Assembly: GCF_017348835.2 (NCBI RefSeq)
Contig: NZ_CP071375.1
Length of the DNA: 64,000 bases
Reading direction: 5' to 3' (one strand)
Source of the DNA: Escherichia coli
GTDB taxonomy: Bacteria; Pseudomonadota; Gammaproteobacteria; Enterobacterales; Enterobacteriaceae
The notes under the pieces are model-generated. The model was given only the letters and a program-made list of their open reading frames with translations, made no database searches and was not told the DNA's origin. The stretch's first letter is position 1, and every line of letters begins with the position of its first letter. A program made the translations under genes and the position numbers. Positions 47,117 through 57,441 of the stretch are shown here, in pieces.

Positions 47117-47764
47117 GCGGATGTATTGCCCCAGTTCACGCTGTTCGGCGCGCGGCAGATAAGGCAGTTCACCAATGAGCGGTGCCGGAAGTTTTTTACC
47201 GAGCACATCAATGATTTCCGCATAATGCGCAAGTCCTGGGTTGATTCGGTTAGCCACCCAGCCAATGAGCGGCAGCCCGTCGTTGGCGATCGCCTGAGCT
47301 GTTAGCAGTGCATGGTTAATGCAACCTTCCTGAATACCGACAACCATCAACACCGGCAGTTGTTCCTGCACCACCCATTCAGAGAGTGGACGCAAATCAT
47401 TCATCAGACTGCGCCAGCCGCCAGTCCCTTCTACCACGACATGATCGACTTTTTCGGTCAGGTTTGCCAGGCCGTTTGAAATGAGGGTGTAATTGATTGG
47501 GCAACTGTGCGCCACGCTACTTTCTTCTTCGCTTAACGCGATAGGATTAACTGCTTCATAAGGCAGTTCGATGGTTGAAACACTCTGCAACACCAGGGCA
47601 TCTTTATTACGCAGCCCTTCGGGTGTCTCTTTGCTCCCCTTCGCTACGGGTTTATATCCCGCAACCGTTTTTCCCTGGGAGGCTAACGCTTGTAGCAATG
47701 CGCGGGAAACCACCGTTTTCCCTACAGAAGTGTCTGTACCGGTAATAAAGAAACGCTTCAGCAT
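47069..47764 (-). CDS. bioD2: Dethiobiotin-synthetase paralogue
   Basis: P-loop GTDTSVGKT; 231 aa from MLKRFF. Confidence 0.8.
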
Positions 47765-47888
47765 CACTAACTCCACCGTTATGCTTCACAAATATAAACC
47801 AGGAAAATAATTAACCTTGAAAGTCTAAGTTATGCTTTCCTGGCCCAAATTGAGATAGCGCAAATTTTGGTAGAACAGTTAAAAAATG

Positions 47889-49109
47889 TTAACCCTGCAA
47901 CAGACGAATCAACAAAGAACCGTTATACATCGCGTCTTTTACCAGCGCAGCCCCTGCCATCGTGCCCTGGTTAGAAAACTGAGTACTCTCAACGCTAATG
48001 TGCTGACTATACGCAGGAAGGGCCTGCTGACGGATGCTGTCCGAGATGACCGGGAAGAGGATATCTGCCGCTTTACTTAACGGTGAGCCAATCAGTATTT
48101 TTTGTGGGTTAAATAAATTCACCATGATGGCAAGAATGCGCCCTACATGCGCGCCCACCCCGGTAATGATGTCTTTTGCCAGCAGATCGCCGCGCAATGC
48201 CGCCTGACACAATGAGTCCACGGTTAACGGTTGCCCATGTAACATTGAGCTCATGGATTGATTAAGACGCAGCTGTGCCAGCTCAAGAATACTGTCCACA
48301 CTGGCGATGGTTTCGAGGCAGCCGTGGTTCCCGCAATAACAGCGTTTACCATATGGGTCTACCTGTGTGTGACCTATTTCCACGAGGCTACTGCTGCCTG
48401 CGTGTAGCAGATGACCATCGGTAATGACGCCCGCCCCCACGTTGTGATCGATAACCACCTGAATCACATCGCGCGCCCCGCGTGAGGCACCAAACAAGGC
48501 CTCTGCCATCGTCCATGCGCTGATATCATGCTGAATATAAACCGGAACGCCGGTATGCTGCTCCAGAGCCTCGCCGAGCGGCATCTCTTTTACATCCTCG
48601 TAGAACGGCATGCGATGTACAATGCCATTTTCCGTATCAATAATTCCCGGCAGGGTTATGGCAATCGAAGTTAGACGCTCAAGTTTTTTCTGGTGGCGGA
48701 TAAAAAACTGATCGATATGGGAAATGATACGATCCAGCAATGGCGAGTCATCTTTTAACGCCAGTTCCTGCGACTCTTCCACCACCAGTTTGCTGCTCAG
48801 ATCGCGCAGAGCAAGGAAAATCTCCCCGCGACTAATGCGCAGAGAAAGATAGTGCCAGGCTTCAGTTTCAACCACCAGCCCCACCGCCGGACGGCCACGG
48901 TTCCCCGCTTCTTTGATTTCCAGCTCTTGCACCAGGTGTGCTTCGAGCATCTCACGGACAATTTTAGTGATACTGGCAGGAGCCAGCTGCGCCAGACGGG
49001 AAAGATCGATACGCGAGACTGGACCAAGCTGATCAATCAGGCGATAAACCGCGCCCGCGTTGGTCTGCTTTATTTGATCAATGTGCCCAGGCTGGTTTTC
49101 AGCAACCAC
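47889..49109 (-). CDS. mlc: ROK-family repressor Mlc (DgsA)
   Basis: 406 aa; N-terminal HTH and ROK motifs. Confidence 0.9.
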   Translation of the reverse strand: MVAENQPGHIDQIKQTNAGAVYRLIDQLGPVSRIDLSRLAQLAPASITKIVREMLEAHLVQELEIKEAGNRGRPAVGLVVETEAWHYLSLRISRGEIFLALRDLSSKLVVEESQELALKDDSPLLDRIISHIDQFFIRHQKKLERLTSIAITLPGIIDTENGIVHRMPFYEDVKEMPLGEALEQHTGVPVYIQHDISAWTMAEALFGASRGARDVIQVVIDHNVGAGVITDGHLLHAGSSSLVEIGHTQVDPYGKRCYCGNHGCLETIASVDSILELAQLRLNQSMSSMLHGQPLTVDSLCQAALRGDLLAKDIITGVGAHVGRILAIMVNLFNPQKILIGSPLSKAADILFPVISDSIRQQALPAYSQHISVESTQFSNQGTMAGAALVKDAMYNGSLLIRLLQG

Positions 49110-49243
49110 CGCATACTCCCTATATTTTCGCGCTCCGAAATAATCTGTAGGCTATGGTGAAGCACTTCAATACGTGTCGTCAAATTTTTACTTAGGCATG
49201 TGATTAACAGCACATTTTTCGGGCTTTTTCGCTGAAATTTCCC

Positions 49244-50137
49244 TCACCTGAGAGCATTCAGCAGATGAATACGAAAGTTACGCGCAGCTGGACTTTGTTC
49301 ATGATGTTTCGGCCAGACCAACCACATTTCAGAAACCGCATCCTCTTCAGCAATCGGCACCCAGCGCATTTCGTTGAGCTGAACACGTTTAAATGACGCA
49401 GGCAAAATTGAAACACCCAGACCGGCGGAAACCAGACCGATGATGGTCATTGCCTCGCCCACCTCCTGAGTGATGACGGGCGTCAAATGGTAACGTCGCA
49501 TCAGCCCGAGAATATCGTCATACAGCCCTGTCCCGACGTGCGGATCAAAAAAGACAAAGGGTTCTTTCGCCAGTTCAGCCAGCGTTACATTCGGGTTATT
49601 TGCCAGGGGATGATCGTGCGGGATCATCGCCATAAGCGGTTCATGGACGATGACTGCGTGTTCAAGCGTCTCCGGTAACGCTGTGTTACGCAGCAATCCC
49701 ATATCCAGCGTTCCTTCAATGAGCGGAACGATTTGCTCGCGAGTGTTCATTTCGCGGGTTTGTAAATGGACATCAGGATAATCACGGCGAAACAGCGATA
49801 ACGTATCGGACACCGCCCGAATAAAAGGAGCCGACGAAGTAAAACCAATGCGCAACTCCCCCGCTTCACCCTGATGCAGTCTTTCAGCGCGAGCGGCAGC
49901 GTCATCCACCATAGACAGGATTTGCCGACTATCTGCAAGAAACTGTTTTCCTGCTGCCGTCAGCAATACACTGCGATTGGTTCGTGCCAGCAGTCGGGCA
50001 CCAATTTGTTGCTCCAGCGCCTGAATCTGCTGACTTAGCGGCGGTTGCGAAATATTCAGGCGGGCAGCGGCGCGCCCGAAATGCAGCTCTTCCGCAACAG
50101 CAACAAAGTAACGCAGATGACGAAGTTCAATATTCAT
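49244..50137 (-). CDS. ynfL: LysR-family transcriptional regulator
   Basis: 297 aa; N-terminal LysR HTH. Confidence 0.8.
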   Translation of the reverse strand: MNIELRHLRYFVAVAEELHFGRAAARLNISQPPLSQQIQALEQQIGARLLARTNRSVLLTAAGKQFLADSRQILSMVDDAAARAERLHQGEAGELRIGFTSSAPFIRAVSDTLSLFRRDYPDVHLQTREMNTREQIVPLIEGTLDMGLLRNTALPETLEHAVIVHEPLMAMIPHDHPLANNPNVTLAELAKEPFVFFDPHVGTGLYDDILGLMRRYHLTPVITQEVGEAMTIIGLVSAGLGVSILPASFKRVQLNEMRWVPIAEEDAVSEMWLVWPKHHEQSPAARNFRIHLLNALR

Positions 50138-50243
50138 ATTTAAAACATCTTATTTGAGATTATTAATATATTAGACAGAACAATTCGATTTTCCTAACCT
50201 ATGTATAAGCCTGATCCACAGGCATATTTAGCAAGGATTTCAA

Positions 50244-51496
50244 GTGAGCCGTACTACAACTGTTGATGGCGCTCCGGCAAGCGACACTGACAAGCAAAGC
50301 ATTTCTCAGCCAAATCAATTTATTAAACGCGGTACGCCGCAATTTATGCGCGTTACCCTGGCGCTGTTCTCTGCCGGACTGGCAACATTTGCACTTCTCT
50401 ATTGTGTACAGCCTATCCTTCCGGTGCTTTCGCAGGAGTTTGGCTTAACGCCCGCGAACAGTAGTATTTCACTGTCCATTTCCACGGCGATGTTGGCTAT
50501 TGGTTTGCTGTTTACTGGCCCCCTATCCGATGCCATTGGTCGCAAACCAGTGATGGTCACGGCGCTACTGTTGGCCTCCATTTGTACGTTACTTTCGACA
50601 ATGATGACCAGCTGGCACGGCATTTTGATTATGCGCGCCTTGATTGGGCTTTCGTTAAGTGGCGTGGCAGCTGTTGGCATGACTTATCTTAGCGAGGAAA
50701 TCCACCCCAGTTTCGTGGCCTTTTCGATGGGGTTGTATATCAGCGGCAACTCAATTGGCGGCATGAGCGGACGCTTAATTAGCGGTGTCTTCACGGACTT
50801 TTTCAACTGGCGAATTGCTCTGGCGGCAATCGGTTGTTTCGCGCTGGCCTCGGCGTTGATGTTCTGGAAAATCCTCCCGGAATCACGCCATTTTCGCCCG
50901 ACTTCGCTGCGCCCTAAGACGTTATTTATCAACTTTCGTCTGCACTGGCGTGACCGGGGATTACCGTTATTGTTCGCAGAAGGCTTTTTGCTGATGGGGT
51001 CGTTCGTCACGCTGTTTAATTACATCGGCTATCGGTTGATGCTCTCCCCCTGGCATGTCAGTCAGGCCGTGGTTGGCTTATTATCGCTGGCTTATTTGAC
51101 CGGTACATGGAGCTCACCCAAAGCCGGAACCATGACCACCCGCTATGGGCGTGGTCCAGTGATGTTGTTTTCGACGGGGTTATGCTGTTTGGTTTACTGA
51201 TGACCTTATTCAGCTCGCTGTGGCTGATCTTTGCCGGAATGTTACTCTTCTCAGCAGGATTCTTCGCAGCCCACTCAGTTGCCAGCAGCTGGATCGGCCC
51301 CCGCGCAAAACGCGCTAAAGGCCAGGCCTCCTCGCTGTATCTGTTCAGTTACTATCTGGGGTCGAGTATTGCCGGGACGCTGGGTGGTGTTTTCTGGCAT
51401 AACTATGGCTGGAACGGCGTCGGCGCATTTATTGCTCTGATGCTGGTCATTGCTCTGCTGGTCGGGACGCGTTTGCATCGTCGTCTGCACGCCTGA
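50244..51496 (+). pseudogene. ynfM: MFS transporter YnfM split by a frameshift near 51176-51179
   Basis: ORFs 50244-51200 and 51107-51496 are contiguous parts of one MFS protein in different frames; junction at a G4 run. Confidence 0.7.
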
Positions 51497-51919
51497 AAAA
51501 TAAGTCCGGACTGCGGTAAATACCCGTCCGGACTTATTGCCTACTCAAACCAACGTTAATAGCCATCCTAAAATAGACGAAGCGCCAGCCAATTCCCGCA
51601 GCGCGTCTAGCGTCATCAGGATTATAAGTACCCAAATAAACGGATTCATTTTGCTGTGTGTCATTTATTACTGATGCGCAGTTATTCTACCGCTTTGTAA
51701 GTAGTAAAATAGTTAACCCGATCAAGACTACTATTATTGGTAGCTAAATTTCCCTTAAGTCACAATACGTTATTATCAACGCTGTAATTTATTCAGCGTT
51801 TGTACATATCGTTACACGCTGAAACCAACCACTCACGGAAGTCTGCCATTCCCAGGGATATAGTTATTTCAACGGCCCCGCAGTGGGGTTAAATGAAAAA
51901 ACAAATTGAGGGTATGACA

Positions 51920-52228
51920 ATGAAAAAAGTATTAGCTCTGGTTGTTGCCTCTGCTATGGGTCTGTCTTCTGCCGCCTTTGCTGCAGAGACTGCGACCACA
52001 CCTGCTCCGACTGCGACGACCACCAAAGCAGCGCCGGCGAAAACTACACATCATAAAAAACAGCATAAAGCAGCACCTGCCCAGAAAGCGCAGGCGGCTA
52101 AAAAGCATCATAAAAAAACGAAAGCTGAACAGAAAGCCCCTGAACAAAAAGCGCAGGCAGCGAAGAAACACGCCAAGAAACACAGCCATCAGCAACCGGC
52201 AAAACCTGCTGCACAACCCGCAGCGTAA
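51920..52228 (+). CDS. asr: Acid shock protein Asr (low-complexity K/H/A-rich)
   Basis: Signal peptide plus repetitive KKHHKK / [10 protein letters not shown] units. Confidence 0.85.
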   Translation: MKKVLALVVASAMGLSSAAFAAETATTPAPTATTTKAAPAKTTHHKKQHKAAPAQKAQAAKKHHKKTKAEQKAPEQKAQAAKKHAKKHSHQQPAKPAAQPAA

Positions 52229-52320
52229 GTTTTCAACAGTAATGCTGGCGCGCCCCCTCGCGCCTGAAAATTACGGTGCTAAGCGGGTAACGTTTAGCAC
52301 CGCCTTTAGCGGAGGGTAGT

Positions 52321-52404
52321 ATGGTGGGCCGTTATCGCTTTGAGTTCATTCTTATCATTCTTATTTTATGCGCACTGATTGCCGCCCGTTTTTATCTTTC
52401 CTGA
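52321..52404 (+). CDS. ydgU: Small membrane protein YdgU (27 aa)
   Basis: MVGRYRFEFILIILILCALIAARFYLS; below the ORF-track cut-off. Confidence 0.7.
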   Translation: MVGRYRFEFILIILILCALIAARFYLS

Positions 52405-52503
52405 CTGTAGTTATCTGATTTTACTCCCACTTTCATCCCGTCCCGTCTATAGTATTTATGAGGGTTTGCTTTTAATAATCATAATTACCCACCAGAGTGT
52501 GAT

Positions 52504-53325
52504 ATGCGTACAACCATTGCTGTAGTGTTGGGTGCAATTAGTTTGACGTCTGCTTTTGTGTTTGCAGATAAACCAGACGTTGCCAAATCGGCAAACGATG
52601 AGGTCAGCCCCCTGTTTTTTGGTCATGATGATCGTGTGCCAGTGAATGACACGACCCAATCACCGTGGGATGCGGTTGGGCAACTGGAAACGGCCAGCGG
52701 CAATTTATGTACGGCGACGCTGATTGCACCCAATCTGGCATTAACGGCAGGACACTGTTTATTGACGCCGCCTAAGGGTAAAGCGGATAAGGCGGTAGCA
52801 CTGCGTTTTGTGTCAAATAAAGGTCTTTGGCGCTATGAGATCCACGACATAGAAGGCCGCGTTGATCCGACACTGGGAAAGCGGTTAAAAGCAGATGGGG
52901 ATGGTTGGATTGTTCCTCCCGCAGCTGCACCGTGGGACTTCGGATTGATTGTGCTACGTAATCCCCCTTCTGGCATTACACCGTTGCCGTTATTTGAGGG
53001 AGATAAAGCCGCGCTTACTGCCGCATTAAAATCGGCTGGTCGTAAAGTGACTCAGGCGGGATACCCTGAAGATCATCTCGATACGTTATACAGTCATCAA
53101 AACTGTGAAGTGACTGGCTGGGCGCAAACGTCGGTGATGTCACATCAGTGCGATACCTTGCCGGGTGACAGCGGTTCGCCTCTGATGTTGCATACCAATG
53201 ACGGCTGGCAATTAATTGGGGTGCAAAGTTCGGCTCCTGCCGCGAAAGATCGCTGGCGCGCCGATAACCGGGCCATTTCTGTTACCGGTTTTCGCGACAA
53301 GTTGGATCAACTGTCGCAAAAATAA
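52504..53325 (+). CDS. ydgD: Secreted trypsin-like serine protease family protein
   Basis: 273 aa; signal peptide; TAGHC and GDSGSP motifs. Confidence 0.8.
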   Translation: MRTTIAVVLGAISLTSAFVFADKPDVAKSANDEVSPLFFGHDDRVPVNDTTQSPWDAVGQLETASGNLCTATLIAPNLALTAGHCLLTPPKGKADKAVALRFVSNKGLWRYEIHDIEGRVDPTLGKRLKADGDGWIVPPAAAPWDFGLIVLRNPPSGITPLPLFEGDKAALTAALKSAGRKVTQAGYPEDHLDTLYSHQNCEVTGWAQTSVMSHQCDTLPGDSGSPLMLHTNDGWQLIGVQSSAPAAKDRWRADNRAISVTGFRDKLDQLSQK

Positions 53326-53363
53326 TGTTCAAACGCTGCCCGACAGCGCGGGCAGCGTCTTCA

Positions 53364-53693
53364 TCAGGCAAGTTTCACCATGATCATTCCAGCCAACAGC
53401 AAGACCAGGCCAATCCAGCCTTTACGATTTAACCGTTGACCAAACAAGATCCAACCTGCGGCTAACGTGGCGGCAATACCAAACCCGCCCCACAATGCAT
53501 AAGCGACAGACAAGTCGATCCCTTTAACGGCCTGAGAAAGCGCACTAAAGGCAGCCAGCACCGCCGCCAGGGAGAGCAAGCCAAATATTTTGCGACGAAA
53601 GCCGTCAGAAAATTTCAAAAAGACGTTAGCAACGATTTCCAGCACGATTGCCAATGCCAGCCAGGCGGCGTGAACCCATTCAAACTGCGCCAT
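53364..53693 (-). CDS. mdtI: SMR-family spermidine exporter subunit MdtI
   Basis: 109 aa, 4-TM. Confidence 0.85.
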
Positions 53694-54045
53694 GGTTCAC
53701 CTCCAGTTCAGGTTTACGCGCTTTACGGGTACCTGATTTTATCAACACAATCCCGGCGACCAGGGTGGTTAACCCGGCAATTTTCATCAGCGATAAACTT
53801 TCGTCGAATAACAAAACGCTAAACAAGGTAATAAATAAAATACCGATACCTTCCCACAGCGCATAAGCCACACCTAAGGCTATTTTTTTAACAGCGAAAG
53901 AGAGAAATATATACGACAGAGAAATCATCACCAGCATTAAAATAAAGCCGCCATTTCCCTCACTGACGCTCGCCCATTTCATAGACAGCGTACCGGTAAT
54001 TTCTGTAGCAATAGCCAGACCTAATAAAATCCAATAAATATACAT
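53680..54045 (-). CDS. mdtJ: SMR-family spermidine exporter subunit MdtJ
   Basis: 121 aa, 4-TM; overlaps the mdtI start. Confidence 0.85.
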
Positions 54046-54456
54046 TGTCCTTCTCCTGCAAGAGAATTATTTTAATTTTCGCTTAATTCAGCGAAACCAA
54101 AGTAAAGTGGTCAAGCCCCGCGCTTAGCGCAAGCTTTGGCAGAAGAAAGGACTAAAGCGCGTTGCGCCAGTGCTGCTCACCTACGAGCAAGATAGTGGAT
54201 GAGGTACGAAGATGGGTAAATGTAGAAAATAACGTCCTGAACAAATTGTCCATAATATTACAATTATCCGCAGTGTTGCTTCTCGTCATCGCGGATGATA
54301 ATTGTCCTCGGTAGTTGAACACGCCTGATTTGTATCATAGCTTAAGAATTAACTCAAAATATTTTCACTTCTTTACCTGAGCGGTTTGATTTTCGTTATG
54401 ATGACGGAGCGAAAAAGACATTATTATTAGCAAAGGAAGAAAAAACGGGGACAAGC

Positions 54457-54621
54457 ATGGCAAAGCCGATCATCACGCTCAATGGCCTAAAAATCGTCAT
54501 TATGTTGGGAATGCTGGTCATTATTCTCTGCGGTATCCGTTTTGCCGCCGAGATCATCGTGCCGTTTATTCTCGCATTATTTATTGCTGTTATATATAAC
54601 TTATTTCACTTAACGCATTGA
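54457..54621 (+). pseudogene. tqsA: tqsA (AI-2 exporter) 5' fragment, truncated after codon 46 by an inserted element
   Basis: [46 protein letters not shown], then 8 unrelated codons and a stop; phage-like DNA follows. Confidence 0.8.
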
Positions 54622-55045
54622 TTTAATTAAATAATTTGCACCACAAAAAGTGCCAAAAATCGCAAAATGACTACACCAGTGACTACACCGTTCGGTGCAC
54701 CGTATGAAACAACGTGGAACAAATAGACACAAGAAATATACAGGCGGATCATCTTTCCAGGGGGAAGCGCACCAATTCATGAGGGGCGTTAATGTCGATA
54801 TGGGGATCCCCACCTACCGGAATTTTTTTCCGGTTAAACGTTAATCAGGCTGGTGGGCTTTACCTGTTCGGTAGGTGTTATGATTATCGTAATACCTTTC
54901 CCCCAATGGGGTAAAAGCATCAACCGTAACGAAAGTCGTTATGGTTGCCACCGATACCCCAAATTTGGGTATCACGAGTAAGCCCCAAAATCTGGGTGTT
55001 ACTCTTACTACCCAAACTACGGGTAGTTTCCGTAGTTTCATGGTC

Positions 55046-55065
55046 GAGTTGCAGATCTGCAACTC
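55046..55065. repeat. 20 bp perfect palindrome (gagttgcagatctgcaactc) within a repeat-rich stretch
   Basis: Read directly; neighbouring CCCAAA(N)GGGT-type repeats at 54957-55030. Confidence 0.6.
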
Positions 55066-55319
55066 CCCCATTAACCACAGGCGAATTTCCGCCTTCGGTC
55101 ATTCCTTAATCATCTGCGTAATCATAATGATTATTCAGCAAGCGCAATTTTGCGCTTTGCTTAAAGTTCAGCGAGTTACCGCGCCGACTTCCTCAAATTG
55201 AGGTTTCCGAAAATATCAGCGGGTTAGCGATTAAGCTGACCATTAATTAAACTGCGAAAATGTCGTAGTTGTGAGGGGTGTAGCCAACCCATTTTTGGGC
55301 CGTCGGGAATATCAACCAG

Positions 55320-55601
55320 TTACCGCCGCAACCGCTCCGGCTTCTTCCAGTGGTACGTTATTTTCTCCTTCTCCCGATACATCTCCACGCGGCGACGGTA
55401 GGCCAGCAACTCAAGAACTCTGGTTCGTATGTTGCGCATATCCACGGCATTAAGTTCTATACCATCACGGCGCATCACCTCCGCAACAACACGCGCATAA
55501 TTTTCAGCGGTCACGCTGTCCGGCTGCATGGCCTGTTCGTCAACCTGCTGGCTGATTCCGGCAACGCGGCGGATTAATCCCAGTATTTCGGCTTCTATCA
55601 T
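55320..55601 (-). CDS. Hypothetical protein (93 aa)
   Basis: ORF only. Confidence 0.3.
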   Translation of the reverse strand: MIEAEILGLIRRVAGISQQVDEQAMQPDSVTAENYARVVAEVMRRDGIELNAVDMRNIRTRVLELLAYRRRVEMYREKEKITYHWKKPERLRR

Positions 55602-55665
55602 TGTGCCCCCATCGTTCTGAAAGTCTGGTGTCGTCGGGTCCTTCCTGGAATTATGGCCCGTTACG

Positions 55666-55677
55666 GGGCGGCGACCT
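55666..55677 (+). other. Lambda-type cosN sequence GGGCGGCGACCT (plus orientation) with lambda-like cosB-type flank
   Basis: Exact 12-mer; downstream flank resembles the lambda left end as recalled (TTTATGAAAATTTT..., AAAAGAAACGACA). Confidence 0.7.
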
Positions 55678-55856
55678 CGCGGTTTTTATCTGTTTATGAA
55701 AATTTTTCTGGAAAAAGCATGTCGGTACTTCTCGAACATAACTATTTGTTTTTAAATAGATACACAATAAAAAGAAACGACACGGTAATCATCTAAAATG
55801 GCGATTTATGACGCTTTCATGTCGTTTCTCAGTTTTGTTCAATAATTGCGCGTCTG

Positions 55857-56369
55857 TTACTCGCCTTTCTTCTGTAGCAACTTTTCCGGTACGTTTCCGG
55901 TTGTTTCTTTCAAGTAATCAGCCAGTATCTGTGGGAGGTTGTCGGCAACTCTGGCACTGGCATTACAGGCTTTAACCACTTCCCTTTTAAGCCTATCCAG
56001 CATGGCGTGGGTAATCTGTGGGAAGCTCCTTTGCATAGTAAGCGGGAGGCTGTCCATGATTGATGAAATCTGACTCGCCAGCTTTGAAAGCGCGTACAGG
56101 CAAAACTCAGTATCAATCACGTCACCGCGATCGCGCTCGTTTTTAAGTTCCTGCGCCTCCGCCTGTGCTGTCAGTAATCTGATCCTGACTCGTAAGAGTT
56201 CATCATCATCAATATCGCCTTTGTCGTTTGTAAGCTGGCTAATTGCATTGTTAACCCTATTGTCTATCACGCTGGCAACATCGTAAAACGCCTCACGGCC
56301 TTTACGTTCAACGGGAGTCACTCCCCACTTGTCGAACGCTGTCGCACTTACACGGCAGCTTTTCGCCAT
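55857..56369 (-). CDS. Small-terminase (Nu1)-like protein with diverged N-terminal DNA-recognition region
   Basis: 170 aa; central/C-terminal region closely resembles NohA at 16716-17261 (LTAQAEAQELKNERD...); N-terminal ~45 aa diverged and shortened. Confidence 0.7.
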   Translation of the reverse strand: MAKSCRVSATAFDKWGVTPVERKGREAFYDVASVIDNRVNNAISQLTNDKGDIDDDELLRVRIRLLTAQAEAQELKNERDRGDVIDTEFCLYALSKLASQISSIMDSLPLTMQRSFPQITHAMLDRLKREVVKACNASARVADNLPQILADYLKETTGNVPEKLLQKKGE

Positions 56370-56399
56370 GTTTTTTTGTTCATCAGGTGCGATTTCATT

Positions 56400-56437
56400 A
56401 ATACACCAACTTAATTACTGCTTCAGGTTGGTGTATT
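56400..56437. repeat. 11 bp inverted repeat (AATACACCAAC N16 GTTGGTGTATT) between cos and the terS-like start
   Basis: Read directly; lies in the terS-like leader. Confidence 0.55.
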
Positions 56438-56531
56438 GTTTGCATCTTTCCCTTTTCATTCATAAAGATAGAGCAAACAACAAAACCACCACCACCCCCC
56501 TGAAAAGGCTCATAAATAGCGAAAAACCGCG

Positions 56532-56543
56532 AGGTCGCCGCCC
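56532..56543 (-). other. Second lambda-type cosN sequence (minus orientation), about 165 bp upstream of the terS-like gene
   Basis: Exact 12-mer AGGTCGCCGCCC on the plus strand; inverted relative to 55666-55677. Confidence 0.7.
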
Positions 56544-56604
56544 CGTAACGGGTCCATATGCCGGAAAGGTCCCGTAAAAAAAGCCGGATTTCTCCGGCCT
56601 TGTC

Positions 56605-57018
56605 TCAGATGGTTTTCAGTATGCGATCGATGTCGCCGTCATCGCCCTGGTTTCTGCCATCGTATGCCATGCCAGCTGATACGGCTTGCGGGCTGTGCAT
56701 GTCCATAAAGTTTTCAAAGGCTGCGGTAAGCTCTGGTGCAACCTTTGGGCGCTCCTGCTCTATGGTCATGTTCAGGATTTCACGAGCATTATCGACGCTA
56801 ATACATGGCACGTTTGCCATTGCACGTAACAGCGGCTGATAGTCTTTATGCTCATGAAGCGCCATAATCGCATCAGCGCGCGGCTTGTCCTGCTCTTCCA
56901 GTTTGTTTAGTTGATATACGGCCTCATAGGTTGATAAACCTCTGTCAGCCATTGCCCGCGCTTCGGCTTTAAATTTACTCGCCAGCGGTAGCGTCATGAT
57001 GCTTTCATTCGTTGCCAT
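56605..57018 (-). CDS. Hypothetical head-module protein (137 aa)
   Basis: ORF between the gpD-like and terS-like genes; no recognisable motif. Confidence 0.3.
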   Translation of the reverse strand: MATNESIMTLPLASKFKAEARAMADRGLSTYEAVYQLNKLEEQDKPRADAIMALHEHKDYQPLLRAMANVPCISVDNAREILNMTIEQERPKVAPELTAAFENFMDMHSPQAVSAGMAYDGRNQGDDGDIDRILKTI

Positions 57019-57030
57019 CGTTCCCCCTGC

Positions 57031-57430
57031 TTATCGGGCCAGCGGCTGAACGGATACGCCGGAACCCGCAAAGGCGGCGCATTTTTTCGCATCGGTGTCG
57101 ACGCTCTCAGGCCAGTTAACGGCGGCAATATTGAATATCCCCGTCTTGTAACACTGTGCTGATTTCTGCTTTGACGTGTCCACAGGATACGAAGTCAGAT
57201 AAACAGCCTTGCCAGATTCCTGACCATCCCACGGCTTAAACTCGCCATTGTCCGCCAGCATCAGCGGGGTAAATTCCTGAATAACGCCAGCATCAGCGGG
57301 GTAAATTCCTGAATAACGCCAGCATCAGCGGGGTAAATTCCTGAATAACGCCAGCATCAGCGGCAAAATGTACCAGCGTCGTGGCGACCTGCTGACTGCC
57401 TGCAAATAACTCAATGTATGGAGTGTCCAT
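57031..57430 (-). pseudogene. Lambda gpD-like head decoration gene disrupted by a 64 bp tandem duplication
   Basis: 5' part (MDTPYIELFAG...TPLML) and 3' part (ADNGEFKPWDG...YKTGIF...AFAG) resemble lambda gpD; frame is restored by removing two 32 bp repeat copies. Confidence 0.65.
57254..57363. repeat. Tandem repeat: 32 bp unit (gccagcatcagcggggtaaattcctgaataac) x3 plus a 14 bp partial copy
   Basis: Perfect copies at 57254-57285, 57286-57317, 57318-57349; partial at 57350-57363. Confidence 0.9.
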
Positions 57431-57441
57431 AGAATCCCCCG

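Noticed and set aside
51488-51540. Terminator call for the 13 bp inverted repeat after ynfM
   Set aside because: Strong hairpin, but the U-run is on the minus strand where no upstream gene exists; left as an unassigned hairpin.
51932-52319. Alternative-frame ORFs overlapping asr encoding Arg/Lys-rich peptides
   Set aside because: Artefacts of the repetitive, biased asr sequence; the signal-peptide frame is the coherent one.
54841-55201. Three short overlapping ORFs across the palindrome cluster
   Set aside because: Mutually overlapping on both strands and coincident with the repeats; more likely non-coding.
57254-57363. Possible CRISPR array suggested by regular 32 bp repeats
   Set aside because: The units are directly tandem with no intervening spacers and lie inside a coding frame; no cas genes nearby.
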